Notes under the pieces: generated by a model | Told to the model about the DNA's origin: nothing | Databases searched by the model: none | The model's input: the letters and a program-made list of their open reading frames with translations, nothing else | Shown: one piece after another, positions 53,529 through 63,670 of the stretch | Numbering within the stretch: position 1 is the stretch's first letter | How the letters are laid out: each line of letters starts with the position of its first letter | Translations under genes and position numbers: made by a program | Assembly (NCBI GenBank): GCA_965219445.1 | Contig: CBDCNQ010000002.1 | Coordinates: 352,001-416,000 of the forward strand | Length of the DNA stretch: 64,000 nucleotides | Direction of reading: 5' to 3' | Source: Longimicrobiales bacterium | GTDB lineage: Bacteria; Gemmatimonadota; Gemmatimonadetes; Longimicrobiales; Gaopeijiaceae

Positions 53529-53595
53529 TCCAGGATCACTGCGTCCCCTTGACCCGGTTCTTCTCAATGGTGTTAGATGGCGAGCCTCGCGTTAG

Positions 53596-53889
53596 TTACG
53601 GCATCAACGCCACGATCTCCTCAAACTCGTCCGGGTCCCAGGCACGCATGGTGGTGCTCCTCACGTTCCCTTGTGCACCGGTAGCCAGCGCAAATGCGGT
53701 CGCGGCCTTCTCATCGTCGGCCTCGGAGATTACGACCAGGTCGTAAGGGCCTGCGGTGTACTAAACGCCGAGCATTTTGATTCCGGCTCCCTCTGCGGCT
53801 TCGATCGCAGCCCTGAGCCGGTTTGGAGATTCCTTCACGGCCCGGATGCCCTGGTCCGTAAAACTGTAGAGCGTCGCGAACTTAGCCAT
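53596..53889 (-). pseudogene. GYD domain protein with internal TAG (not in ORF track); probable reverse cassette after GTTAGAT at 53572
   Basis: MAKFATLYSFTDQGIRAVKESPNR...GV*YTAGPYDLVVI...GNVRSTTMRAW. Confidence 0.75.
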
Positions 53890-54015
53890 CTGGTTTGCCT
53901 CCTTTTCGGACGATAGGGATTAGTGAGCCCAGCAGACCATCCGGTCTCGCGATTTTGCTGCGCGATCACCATGCCCATGAGCAGATCGAGATGCAAGCTC
54001 AGAGCCCAAGAGCGG

Positions 54016-54062
54016 CTGAACAAGAAGACGACCACCTCCGAACGATGGGGGGGGTGGGCGTC
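54016..54062 (-). repeat. Dispersed hairpin repeat, copy 3
   Basis: Reverse complement GACGCCCA(C-run)ATCGTTCGGAGGTGGTCGTCTTCTTGTTCAG. Confidence 0.85.
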
Positions 54063-54421
54063 CTTGCTCGTATGGCGCACTCCCCTTGTGGTGGTATGGT
54101 GCTTGCCGTTGGTGGCACACCTCGTTACAAGGGAGGCTGTCATGCGTCGATTCCTTCCTTTTGCTGCCCTACTCGGGGTGGCGCTCGTGGGCGACGGTCA
54201 GCGACGGAATCAAAGGCTCCGGTAAGGACGTCCTGCTCCAGGCCCCGCAGCACGGACAGGAAGTGGTCCAGTGTCTTTACCGCCTCTCTCACGCACCGTT
54301 GCGGGACTCAAGGCGCGGCGACTGGTCCTGGCGATACAATACCACAGCCAAATCGGAAATCCGGGATCAGATCATCCTGCTTGATGGTCGTCATGGGCTC
54401 CGATCTTCTAGGTGCGCCAGA

Positions 54422-55060
54422 TCATATTTCTTCGACTTCGATCTTCCGGAACTCCAGCAATCCCCCTTCGCCCTGAATCCCAATATGCCCGGTCAGATAT
54501 TTGATGCTGGTCGCTGTCGTGATAAGTACACCATTCAACCGAACCGACAGATTCTCACCCTCAGCTGTGATTTCATACGTTTGCCATTCTCCGGTTGGCT
54601 TGTAGGCTTCCTTCAGCGCCTCGATATCAAATTCATGCTCAAAAGGCGGAGCACCATAAGGAATCATCTGGCCGAGCGGCCTGTCGCCGGTGATGATGTC
54701 CCTGAACTGAATCTGATAACCGTTGTCTGGGTAACCCCTATCGTCGTTTCTGCTTGTTGGGGCGGTTCGGACGAAAATCCCGCTATTGGCTTCTTCTTCT
54801 AAGAAGCGAAACTCCATGGTCAGGACGAAATCACCAAATGTCTCGCTGGAACGCAGCCAACCTGTTCCGCGATCTATTTTGAGAACCCCATCCTCCACAG
54901 AGAACTGCCCGTTGTTGACGATTTCCCAACCGTCCAGATCCTGACCGTTAAAGAGTTGTATCGCCGAGGTGGCAGTGCTCGCAGGCTCGCCAGTGTCCGC
55001 TGGCTGACAGCTGCTCAGTAGAACGCAGCCAAGTAGGACGGTTAGCGTAGCTACTCTCAT
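54422..55060 (-). CDS. DUF1080 (3-keto-disaccharide hydrolase-like) lipoprotein
   Basis: LFNGQDLDGW, NSGIFVR, GEW..YEI, GHIGIQ, FRKI. Confidence 0.88.
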   Translation of the reverse strand: MRVATLTVLLGCVLLSSCQPADTGEPASTATSAIQLFNGQDLDGWEIVNNGQFSVEDGVLKIDRGTGWLRSSETFGDFVLTMEFRFLEEEANSGIFVRTAPTSRNDDRGYPDNGYQIQFRDIITGDRPLGQMIPYGAPPFEHEFDIEALKEAYKPTGEWQTYEITAEGENLSVRLNGVLITTATSIKYLTGHIGIQGEGGLLEFRKIEVEEI

Positions 55061-55401
55061 GTCTTCCCCCGTTTCTGTTCGTTAAAGGATAGTTAAACCA
55101 AAAGCCCAGTCCTCCTCCATGTCCTCCGGGCGCGCCTCCTCCGACACTCCAGCCACAGCCAAGGCGGCAATGCTCTCCATGTTCGACTGCTTTCGAATCG
55201 CACCGCTCCACCGGAGCACGTTTAGCATGGCCACGGCCTTAAAGCAACGAGCCGACGATCACCACGACGCCTTCTACGAAGACGCGAAGCCAGGGGATCT
55301 CCCCATCGACGCTCACTCCGGGCGCTTGTCGATGCGCTGTACACACGTATAAGGCTATGTGGATTCCACCCGAATAGCGTCCCCGGGGCTATCGACCTGC
55401 C

Positions 55402-57153
55402 TTACGGAGCCAGCGGCTCGATATGAACGATCCGGCCTTCGTGGTTCGCACCGATCCACGAGCTTGAGAGCCCGCCGCTCTCGGACCGCTGCACATGCAT
55501 ATGGCGAATGTTGGCTTCCGCCGGGAGGAGGTAGAAGTTCCACTCTCCCGTCTCTTCGTTCATCCGCGCGACATGGTCGGCAGAGATCGAGCCCGTCCAG
55601 ACATAGCCGGCGTTGTCGTTCACGGCCATGTAGGGCTGAAACCAGGGCATCGGCACGGGGAAAAGCTCAATTGCTTGCCCGGCGGGCATGCTCGGGTCGA
55701 GCTTTCCGACGTAATTGCCGTCGAAACCACCAAACCACAGGCGGTCCTGGGCATCAAAATAGCCTCGCCGGCTGCCGCCCCCGAGGCCCGTTTCACCGCG
55801 GGGCTCTTCGGGGATCGGATAATAGGTGATTTCGTGGGTCTTAGCATCCACCCGCCAGAACTCCGTGCTTCCCCGGCTGGCACCGTACGCGTTGTTCTTC
55901 GAGTCCACGTAGTGATCGTAGGCAGATAGGTTCCCAACGGGCGTCCCCTCCCACTTCCCGTCATCAAGGAACTGCGCCTGATACAGCTGGCCGCCAGTAC
56001 GGAACCAAACGTTGCCATCCACATGCTTGGAGTTGGCCGCCGTAAAATGACCGGTACCTGGATAGAACTCGAACGTCTCCGACTCCGTGTCGAAAACGGC
56101 GGTGTACCCGATTCCCCTCCTAAGACCCGGTGGAGCCAGGTAGAATTTGCCCTGCCCATCCGGCATCAGGACTCGATTGCCGACCGGTATCATCGACCCT
56201 TCCGCCGCCAGCTCCGGGAAGATATCCACCAAGTCCGGGAACCTGTATTCGACAGTCTCGCCGGTCTTGGGGTTCAGCTTCCCGATCACGTTGTCGTTGA
56301 AATCGTCGTAGTAGATCCATCCATCCGGCCCCATCTGCACATCGTGGGGCTTGGCGACCACCCGAGGCAGGTCGTACGTGGTGTAGATCACGTTGGTGTT
56401 CTCGCCCGTGGGCCGCGGATACGTCTTCAGGGGATATTGCCAAGGACCGTTACTGAGATTGATCGCTGAAACGGCTTTGGACTGCAGGTCATGGAGGGGA
56501 GTGGGCGGGCGCGCCATCACTCCGTCTCCCCTTCCCCAATCGACTGCCTGGGTCTGTGCTATCTGGTAGGTCACCGCCGTACTGCCGAGCCAGTAATACG
56601 ACATTCGCTGCATGACATACCGGAGCTGCTCCTCGTTGAATCTCGACATTGCCACTCTCTGCTGGTTGTGACAACGGGCACAGTCCCTCAGGGCGACGAA
56701 GGTCGTTTCCTCGAGTAGCGGATAGCTCCACAGCCATTCCGCGCTCGAGAGCTGTAGGGCCTTTTCCAGTAGGGTGGCCTCCCCCAGGTGCAGATCCTTC
56801 ACAGAGGGAGCCTCCCCGGTTACCTCCACGACCCTCGTCGAGGGCCGCAGCACGTAGCCCGCTGCCCGGACCCCGATCGTGTACTCGCCCGGCTCCAGTC
56901 TGTCGCGGGGGAAACTGTAAACACCGGCGGCATCGCTCACGACGGTGACCGTGATGTTGGAGCCCTCTCGTCTGGCACTTACGAGCGCTCCCTCCATGCG
57001 GCCTTCCGGGACCGAGGTCACCCAGCCCGTCAGAGCGGGAGTCGTCGACTGCATTGCGTGTACGGCCTGGTGGCCCGGCCAGATTGCCAGTCCCACAACG
57101 ATCGCTCCGACCATCCCTGGCGCGATCCCCTTAACTGCCTTCTTGGTTTTCAA
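55402..57153 (-). CDS. Carboxypeptidase-regulatory domain + CxxCH + Vgb-like beta-propeller protein
   Basis: EGALVSA..TVTVVSD..G.YSFP; CARCH; PHDV..GPDG; IGKLNPKTG. Confidence 0.75.
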   Translation of the reverse strand: MKTKKAVKGIAPGMVGAIVVGLAIWPGHQAVHAMQSTTPALTGWVTSVPEGRMEGALVSARREGSNITVTVVSDAAGVYSFPRDRLEPGEYTIGVRAAGYVLRPSTRVVEVTGEAPSVKDLHLGEATLLEKALQLSSAEWLWSYPLLEETTFVALRDCARCHNQQRVAMSRFNEEQLRYVMQRMSYYWLGSTAVTYQIAQTQAVDWGRGDGVMARPPTPLHDLQSKAVSAINLSNGPWQYPLKTYPRPTGENTNVIYTTYDLPRVVAKPHDVQMGPDGWIYYDDFNDNVIGKLNPKTGETVEYRFPDLVDIFPELAAEGSMIPVGNRVLMPDGQGKFYLAPPGLRRGIGYTAVFDTESETFEFYPGTGHFTAANSKHVDGNVWFRTGGQLYQAQFLDDGKWEGTPVGNLSAYDHYVDSKNNAYGASRGSTEFWRVDAKTHEITYYPIPEEPRGETGLGGGSRRGYFDAQDRLWFGGFDGNYVGKLDPSMPAGQAIELFPVPMPWFQPYMAVNDNAGYVWTGSISADHVARMNEETGEWNFYLLPAEANIRHMHVQRSESGGLSSSWIGANHEGRIVHIEPLAP

Positions 57154-57452
57154 GGCGACCTCTTCCTTGTTCGTAATAAACGTGACCGGGTCACCGGACC
57201 CGGCTCAACGATTCGAGCCGTCCGGAAGCGCGTTCGTCGCGTTGCTCCTGATAGGAGCCTACATTGTTCACCGCGTCAACATCCGAGAGCGGGCCGGTAG
57301 GCGCAAGCGGAAGCCGTCAGGCGCCCAGAATCGCCGCTACAGCAACACCAACGGCAGCCCCAGCGCGAAGAGCGCCGACGCGATGATCACACTCACGAAG
57401 CCCACCTGAGCGGAGGGGCTGCCGCTGTCGGCATCACTCGGGAGGTCTCCCC

Positions 57453-58550
57453 TTAGACCCTCGCGATGTCGGCGTAGGTGGCTTCGATGCGCGCCCGCAT
57501 GGCGGGGTCCGGCAGCCGGCCGCGCGAAGCTCCGTTGTTGTCGATGGCGTGCTCGACCTTCGTCGTGCCCGGAATGACCGCGGTCACGGCGGGGTGGGAG
57601 ACGAGGTACTTGAGGTAGAGCTGAGCCCACGACGTGCAGTCGACGTCCGCGGCGTAGCCGGGTAGTGGCGAGCCCGCCATCTCGGAGAGCACGGAGTTAC
57701 GGCGACCCCCGAACGGCACGTTGCAGATCACGGCGGTTCCCTGCTCCTGCGCCAGTGGGAGCATCACCTCCTCGGAGCTGCGGTTGCCGATCGAGTAGTC
57801 CACTTGCAGGAAGTCGAGCACGCCTTGGCGCATGTAGCGGGCGGTGTCCTCGTAGTCGCGGTCGCTCGAGATGCTGATGCCGACGTAGCGGAAGCGTCCC
57901 GCTGCCTTCAGCTCCTGCATCATCGGGAGGAGGTTGTCGGTCTCGCCTACGCTGTGGACCATCATCACGTCAACCATGTCGGTTTGGAGCCGCTCGAAGG
58001 CCAGCTCGAGCTGAGCCATATGATCGACGGGGGCGCCGCCGCCACCTCCTCCCCGTCTTCGACCTCTGGCGTTACCCTCGCTGTACTTCGTCACCAGGAA
58101 GATCTGGTCGCGGTTGCCGTTCTTGGTGATACACTCCCCGATGACCTGTTCGGCCCGACCGTACCCGCGCGCCGTGTCCACCATGCTTCCGCCCCGGTCG
58201 GTCATCGTTTTGAGCACGTTGCACAGGTTCTCGATGTCCGCGCGATTCCTGACGCTGTAGCGGTTCGTGCCGAGGCCAACGACAGGGATCTGCTCACCCG
58301 TCTTCGGGATCGCCTTCATAACGAGAGGAAGCTCCTGCTGACGCGCCACCTCCTCCGCGAAGAGCTCGAGGCGGCTCCCGATGGCGAGCCCGGCGCCGGC
58401 GGCGAGCCCCGCCTTGATGGCGGCTCGGCGTGAGGGGTGCTTCAGGTCGTCCGCCAGGTAGACCGTGGCCATGCCGCCTTCGCCGAGTTCACGCTCGATG
58501 GCGTAGCGGCCTTCTAGGGCTGCGTTTAGGCGGGCGACGGCATCGGTCAT
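57453..58550 (-). CDS. Aldo/keto reductase with a Ser/Thr kinase N-terminus fused in frame
   Basis: MTDAVARLN...DDLKH joined to SRRAAIK (Tat-like), GLGT, DTARGYG, VIPGT. Confidence 0.8.
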   Translation of the reverse strand: MTDAVARLNAALEGRYAIERELGEGGMATVYLADDLKHPSRRAAIKAGLAAGAGLAIGSRLELFAEEVARQQELPLVMKAIPKTGEQIPVVGLGTNRYSVRNRADIENLCNVLKTMTDRGGSMVDTARGYGRAEQVIGECITKNGNRDQIFLVTKYSEGNARGRRRGGGGGGAPVDHMAQLELAFERLQTDMVDVMMVHSVGETDNLLPMMQELKAAGRFRYVGISISSDRDYEDTARYMRQGVLDFLQVDYSIGNRSSEEVMLPLAQEQGTAVICNVPFGGRRNSVLSEMAGSPLPGYAADVDCTSWAQLYLKYLVSHPAVTAVIPGTTKVEHAIDNNGASRGRLPDPAMRARIEATYADIARV

Positions 58551-58605
58551 GCGCTGCGCTCGGCGGAGTTCAGTGGGATGACGATGTCGTACATAGGGCG
58601 GCCCG

Positions 58606-59145
58606 TCAGCACGATGATTCAACGTAGGTGGCGAACTCCTCGGTGAGTAGCCCCCTAACGGGAGTCAGGACGGTTCCCTCGGGTACCTGGTTCCAGAACT
58701 CTGAAGAGCTCCGGTACCGCATACAGATCTGGCGCTGAAACCGGCCCCACTCCGAAGCCCCGAGAAGTCCATATTGATTGGCTATGTAGGAATTTTCGTA
58801 CACGCCCCAAAGGGTGTTCAAGAGAAGCTGAAGCCGGGGATCCCTCGCCTGCTCCCGGAACTCCAGTTGCCCCTGGATATGCTGAGCCCAAAGCCTCGCC
58901 AGCTCCGGGTCCGCAGCTAGCGTCAGCCGCCACCGATTCAGGCCCTCCATGCTGCGGTCGTAGGCAGCCGCCCGTGTGATCTCAGTGTTCAACGAGGTCT
59001 CTTCCGCAGTCTGCCTCACCTGTAGCCCGACGAAGACGAGTGAGACGACCACCGCAGCAGCGGACACGATCTCCGCCCAGATCCCAAAGACCTGAAGGCG
59101 TCTGCTCGAAGCCTGCGTACCATCGGGGTCAGACACAGCACGCAC
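58606..59145 (-). CDS. Hypothetical membrane-anchored protein (paralog of 13649)
   Basis: AEIVSAAAVVVSLVFVGLQVRQ; WGVYEN..AN..GLLG..EW.RF..IC; YVESSC. Confidence 0.65.
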   Translation of the reverse strand: MRAVSDPDGTQASSRRLQVFGIWAEIVSAAAVVVSLVFVGLQVRQTAEETSLNTEITRAAAYDRSMEGLNRWRLTLAADPELARLWAQHIQGQLEFREQARDPRLQLLLNTLWGVYENSYIANQYGLLGASEWGRFQRQICMRYRSSSEFWNQVPEGTVLTPVRGLLTEEFATYVESSC

Positions 59146-59148
59146 CCT

Positions 59149-60954
59149 TCACCACGTAATCCCCGCCTCTTCGAGCAACGCCTGGTAGCGAGGGTCGTCG
59201 CGGAGGAGATCGGAGTGACGGGACGTATGAAACCTCGAGAGGCTGCGAAGAACGCCTGTCGTAGCTGCAAGCTCCAGGGCTTCCAACGTCAGTCCGCGCT
59301 GCCCTGTCCATCCGTACCGAGGTGGCGATTCCATAAGGCCCTCGTAGCCTTCGGGGAATCGAAATGTCTTTGGTTCCCCGCTTCGCAAGTAGCCAATAGC
59401 TGCCTGTATCCAGCGTTGCTCGACCGCCATATCGGCGGCTGGGTCAAGACGAGCGCGTTCTAGGGCGGCTTCTGAAGCGGCGGCGTACTCGCCGGCCTCC
59501 AGCAACGTAGATGTCAATGCCATCCACGCCATCGGCCGTTGTGGGTCGAGGTCAATGACTCTGCGGAGCTGTTCAGTCGCTTCGGCTATCCTTCCGGCCG
59601 CACTCAGAGAGGCACCTAGGTTCACCCCCACGACTTGGGAGACCGGATCGAGCTCCACACCCCTGCGATGGACAACGATCGCTTCGTCCGCCCGTCCCAT
59701 GTCTCCGAGCAGCTGACCGAACCAATGATATGCCGACGCATATTGAGGGCTGAGCACCACTGCTCGCTCGAAGCTGCTCTGCGCCTCGGCCCATGCACCC
59801 CTCAGATTGTACGCGAGCCCAAGAGAGGCGTGAGCCATACCCAGGTCGGGCGCGGTCTCAACAGCTCGCTCGGCGAAGCGGAGGCCTTCATCGAGGAAGC
59901 CGACATCGCCCACCCCGCCGTGATTGTGCATGAAGACTAGATGCGCGTCGGCAAGTCCCGACCAAGCCTCGGCATAGCCTAGGTCCAAGTCAACCGCCCG
60001 CTGGAACTCCTCGATCGACGCGAGAATGGATTCCCTCGTCCTCTGATTCCAGAGGTGGCGACCCCTCAGGTAGGCCTCGTGGGCTTCTGGGTTCTGAGTC
60101 CCCTGCCCGGCGAGAGAAACCTCGACGCCTCCAGAGAGCGTGACCTGCAGTTGATCCGCAATAGCGGTAGCGATCTCCCGCTGGATGGCGAAGATGTCGT
60201 TTAACTCGCGCTCGTAGGTGTCGGACCACAGGTGACTGTCAGTCTGGGCATCAACCAACTGGGCGGTGATCAGGACTCTCTCACCGGCTCGCCTAACGCT
60301 TCCTTCCAGGATGTGTGTAACGTCCAGCGTGTCAGCGATCTGCTGGATCGTGATGTTCTGCCCCTTGAAGGCGAATGAAGAGGTGCGACCCGGAACCCGG
60401 AGGTCAGGTAACTGAGCGAGAGCGTTGAGTAGCTCCTCGGTAATTCCATCCGAGAAGTACTCGTTGTCTGGATCACCGCTCATGTTGTCGAAGGGAAGGA
60501 CCGCGACCGACTGTTCGATGTTTGGAGCATCACCACTGCCTGACCCACCTCCGATCCCCCCGCCGAACAGCACCCATCCAAACCCGACGAATCCAAGCAG
60601 CGCAAAGGCTCCGACACCGCCTAGAATCGCGTTGCGCCATGTGAATAGACCGGAAGCGCCACCTGGAGGAAGAGCGCTTGTGGGAGCACCATCTACGTTC
60701 ACATCCCCCGTCTCACGGCCTGGTCCGCCTTCCTGAACGAACGCCGTGGCTAGGACGATGGGAAGTCCAACAATGAGCAGCGCCAACGCAAACGACGGAA
60801 ACCAGTCCGGTAAGTTGAGCGCACCGCCTAGCGTGTCCACGACCTGGAGCACCGCCCAAGACGCGACCAGGTAGATCCCCAACACCTGCCACAGACTTCG
60901 GCGGTGGATCTCGCGGATGAAGCGCCTGAGAGGACCTTCAGATGGGCTCGCCAT
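59149..60954 (-). CDS. TolB-N/FlgO-like + TPR membrane protein
   Basis: SVAVLPFDNMSGDPDNEYFSDGITEE, RTSSF, LEGSVRR, TPR repeats. Confidence 0.85.
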   Translation of the reverse strand: MASPSEGPLRRFIREIHRRSLWQVLGIYLVASWAVLQVVDTLGGALNLPDWFPSFALALLIVGLPIVLATAFVQEGGPGRETGDVNVDGAPTSALPPGGASGLFTWRNAILGGVGAFALLGFVGFGWVLFGGGIGGGSGSGDAPNIEQSVAVLPFDNMSGDPDNEYFSDGITEELLNALAQLPDLRVPGRTSSFAFKGQNITIQQIADTLDVTHILEGSVRRAGERVLITAQLVDAQTDSHLWSDTYERELNDIFAIQREIATAIADQLQVTLSGGVEVSLAGQGTQNPEAHEAYLRGRHLWNQRTRESILASIEEFQRAVDLDLGYAEAWSGLADAHLVFMHNHGGVGDVGFLDEGLRFAERAVETAPDLGMAHASLGLAYNLRGAWAEAQSSFERAVVLSPQYASAYHWFGQLLGDMGRADEAIVVHRRGVELDPVSQVVGVNLGASLSAAGRIAEATEQLRRVIDLDPQRPMAWMALTSTLLEAGEYAAASEAALERARLDPAADMAVEQRWIQAAIGYLRSGEPKTFRFPEGYEGLMESPPRYGWTGQRGLTLEALELAATTGVLRSLSRFHTSRHSDLLRDDPRYQALLEEAGITW

Positions 60955-61090
60955 GATCCGCACAACATGCGTCTAAGACACGTGGGGCGGCAAGGACACC
61001 AACACGAGTGCCAGCCCCAGCACGATGATCATGTTCGTCAAGATTCCATAAAGGAGTCTCTAGGGGTCGTTGGGGGGCAGGGCAGGGGAG

Positions 61091-61132
61091 TACTGTCGGT
61101 AAATACTGTCGGTTACTGTCGCTTTACTGTCG
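61091..61132 (+). repeat. TACTGTCG x4, putative integrase arm sites
   Basis: Copies at 61091, 61104, 61114, 61125, about 110 bp before the att repeat. Confidence 0.6.
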
Positions 61133-61239
61133 ATTCAGGACGGCAGATTCCGACATTGGCTTAGGTGGATAACGGCATATCGTGCAGCCCGCCAATGGTT
61201 TATGTCGTTTCTTGTCGGAATTCAGTGCCTATTTGAACT

Positions 61240-61288
61240 TGCCTCCTAAGCAGTAGGTCGCAGGTTCGATTCCTGCCGGGGACGCTTT
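61240..61288 (+). repeat. 49-bp direct repeat of the tRNA-Arg 3' half (att site)
   Basis: Identical to 28246-28294. Confidence 0.93.
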
Positions 61289-61365
61289 CAAGACACAGCA
61301 GTACAAGGAGTTAGCGGATACGCCTAGAGGCTTGAGGGGTGACGTGGTGGGGTGCGTGCACGGTT

Positions 61366-61563
61366 CCGCTGCACGATTCGGGCGAGGCGGATGGCTTCTT
61401 GTTCTACGTGATGCCCCACATCGAGGGGGAATCACTTCGGGAGCGCATCGACCGCGAGAAGCAACTCGGTGTGGATGACGCACTGGCCATCACGCAGAAG
61501 GTCGCGGGCGCACTCGACTACGCGCACGAACACGGTGTGGTCCACCGCGACATCAAGCCGGGC
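61366..61563 (+). pseudogene. Internal Ser/Thr kinase fragment
   Basis: PLHDSGEADG...HRDIKPG. Confidence 0.8.
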
Positions 61564-61639
61564 CGGGCATCCTCGCTGAGGGTGTCGTCATCAACAGCGC
61601 CCTTCGGGAGTGAGGGCGCCATTCAAGGCGTCACCGCGG

Positions 61640-62653
61640 CTAGTTCCCTCTCACCCAGTAGAGGCAGCCGGGCCCGGCGCCGTCGCCCATCGGGATCTCG
61701 TGGGTGACCTCGAGCGTATTCAGATCCACGACGGCCACCCGGTCCGCGGCCCGTAGCCCCAGATAGGCGTGTCTGCCGTCTGGGGCCACCAACACAGCGC
61801 CGTCCCCCAGGTCGCCGGAGCCGAGGGGCACTCGGGTGATCTCCGTGCGAGAGGCCGCGTCCATGACGACGAGGGTTGCCGCCTCGCCGTCGATGATCAG
61901 TACCCGGCCGTCCGGCGTGAACTTAAGGCGATTCGCGTCTTCGAGGCCCAGGTCGAGCGTCTCGACGACGGCTCGGCTGGCGACATCGATGATCGACACT
62001 CTACCGTCGTTCCGGGTCGCGGTCCAGATTTCTCGGCGATCCGGTGACAGATCGATGCCTTCAGGCCGTTCACCCGGCACCGGAATCACGGTTAGCCTCG
62101 ACGCGGCGGGGCCTGCCGAGATGCCCTCGACCATGGTTACGGAATTCGAGCCAATGTTCGGCATGAACATGGTGTCGGTGTCGCGGTCGAGGACGAGCAG
62201 ATGGGTGCCGTCCTGGCCAATCTCAAGCGTCCACTCGATCGCGTCGGTCGATGGATTGTAGCGCCCGATCGACTTGTAGCCTTCCATGGTGAAGTACACC
62301 TTGCCGTCGGCAAAGAGCACATCATGCGTCCGGCTGCCGGGGCCAGGGTCGACTCGCCGGACTTCCGTTTGCGCGGTCAGGTCAATGACTGAAATCCCGT
62401 CCACCATGCTGGCCACGAACGCCCACCGGCCGTCGGCGGATGCGGTGACCTCGTGCGGATCTCGGCCCGTCGGCACGCGTCCCAGCTCCGTCCCGCTGGC
62501 CGGATCGACAATCGCCAGCGCGCTGGCGTCTCGAAGCAACACGAGAAGTCGTCCGGATGTCGGTGACTGGGCGCTGACCGCGGCATGCCCAAGGACCAGC
62601 GCGCCGAGCGCTAACAACCCGACCCGTCGGAGCACCGTGCTCACTGAGTGCAT
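61640..62653 (-). CDS. YncE/YVTN beta-propeller secreted protein
   Basis: Signal peptide; PHEV..SADG, PEGIDLSPD, VSIID repeats. Confidence 0.82.
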   Translation of the reverse strand: MHSVSTVLRRVGLLALGALVLGHAAVSAQSPTSGRLLVLLRDASALAIVDPASGTELGRVPTGRDPHEVTASADGRWAFVASMVDGISVIDLTAQTEVRRVDPGPGSRTHDVLFADGKVYFTMEGYKSIGRYNPSTDAIEWTLEIGQDGTHLLVLDRDTDTMFMPNIGSNSVTMVEGISAGPAASRLTVIPVPGERPEGIDLSPDRREIWTATRNDGRVSIIDVASRAVVETLDLGLEDANRLKFTPDGRVLIIDGEAATLVVMDAASRTEITRVPLGSGDLGDGAVLVAPDGRHAYLGLRAADRVAVVDLNTLEVTHEIPMGDGAGPGCLYWVRGN

Positions 62654-63133
62654 CTGATACCTCCGTGTGTGCTGAGGTGGCTCTGTGGTGACGCCGACCA
62701 CACGACTGCTGACAATACAGCCTACCACCGCATCCGGCCCGCGGGTCCAATGCAGTACGTGCGGGCCGCGCACGCTTCTGCGAAGAGGGTCCAGCGGGTC
62801 CTCCTCTCCGCCTCCTCCTGCGCATGAACAACGGCGTCGGCTTCCTCCTCCGCATGACCGACGTTGAGAAGCAGCCCTTCCGCTCGGTGGGATTCGTGAG
62901 TGTGATCATCACCTCGGTGATTTTTGCGCTGGGGCTGCCGTTGGTGTTGTTGTAGCCTCGAAGATGAGCACCCCATAACGGCTCTCTAAGCCACGCGGGC
63001 GCTCCAGCCCACCTCCGATACCGAATAAACACCGAATACGCTCAGAACGGAAATACAAGCGTCTGACGGGCTTCTGCTTGCGCCCACCGGCCCGCCGGGA
63101 TGCCGACGGCGTGGATGAGCGTGCGGCCCGCCC

Positions 63134-63670
63134 TCAAGAATAGATCATGAACTCCAGGAGGTTGCCGTCCGGGTCGCGAACATACCGGCTCATCCCACGA
63201 ACCGTCCCGAGGGCACGTCCACCATCCCGCGGGCCCGAGGCGATGACCTCGGCCCCCGCTCGATCCAAGACGGCCATCAGCGACTCCGCCGAGCCTTCCC
63301 ACACGAAGCAGAAGTCCCCACACGGCGGCCTCGCGGCGGGCGCTCGCAGCGACGTGGAGGTTGCGCGCTGCCACGACTCCGGACGGTGGAAGTTGATCTT
63401 CTGGTCGCCGAAATGGACCGAAACCCTCCCGGCGGTTTCCATCACGTGCAGGCCGAGAGCGCGATAGAAGGCCATCATCGCCTCGGTGTTTTGCATCGGG
63501 ACCGCGACGTGGTCGAACCTGCGGATCGCGCCCTCCTGCGCGAGCACGCCCGAACTGCGAGCAAGTGAGGTGGGAGACGACACGGCCACGCCGGCGACAA
63601 CAACCCGCTTCAGGAACCTTCGGCGGCAATAGCGTTGTTCCGTCGGCTGCTCCATCGCTGTGTTTCCCAT
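63134..63670 (-). CDS. VOC/glyoxalase family protein with Tat signal
   Basis: RRRFLK; FDHVA; QKINFH; DFCF; YVRDPDGNLLEF. Confidence 0.85.
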   Translation of the reverse strand: MGNTAMEQPTEQRYCRRRFLKRVVVAGVAVSSPTSLARSSGVLAQEGAIRRFDHVAVPMQNTEAMMAFYRALGLHVMETAGRVSVHFGDQKINFHRPESWQRATSTSLRAPAARPPCGDFCFVWEGSAESLMAVLDRAGAEVIASGPRDGGRALGTVRGMSRYVRDPDGNLLEFMIYS

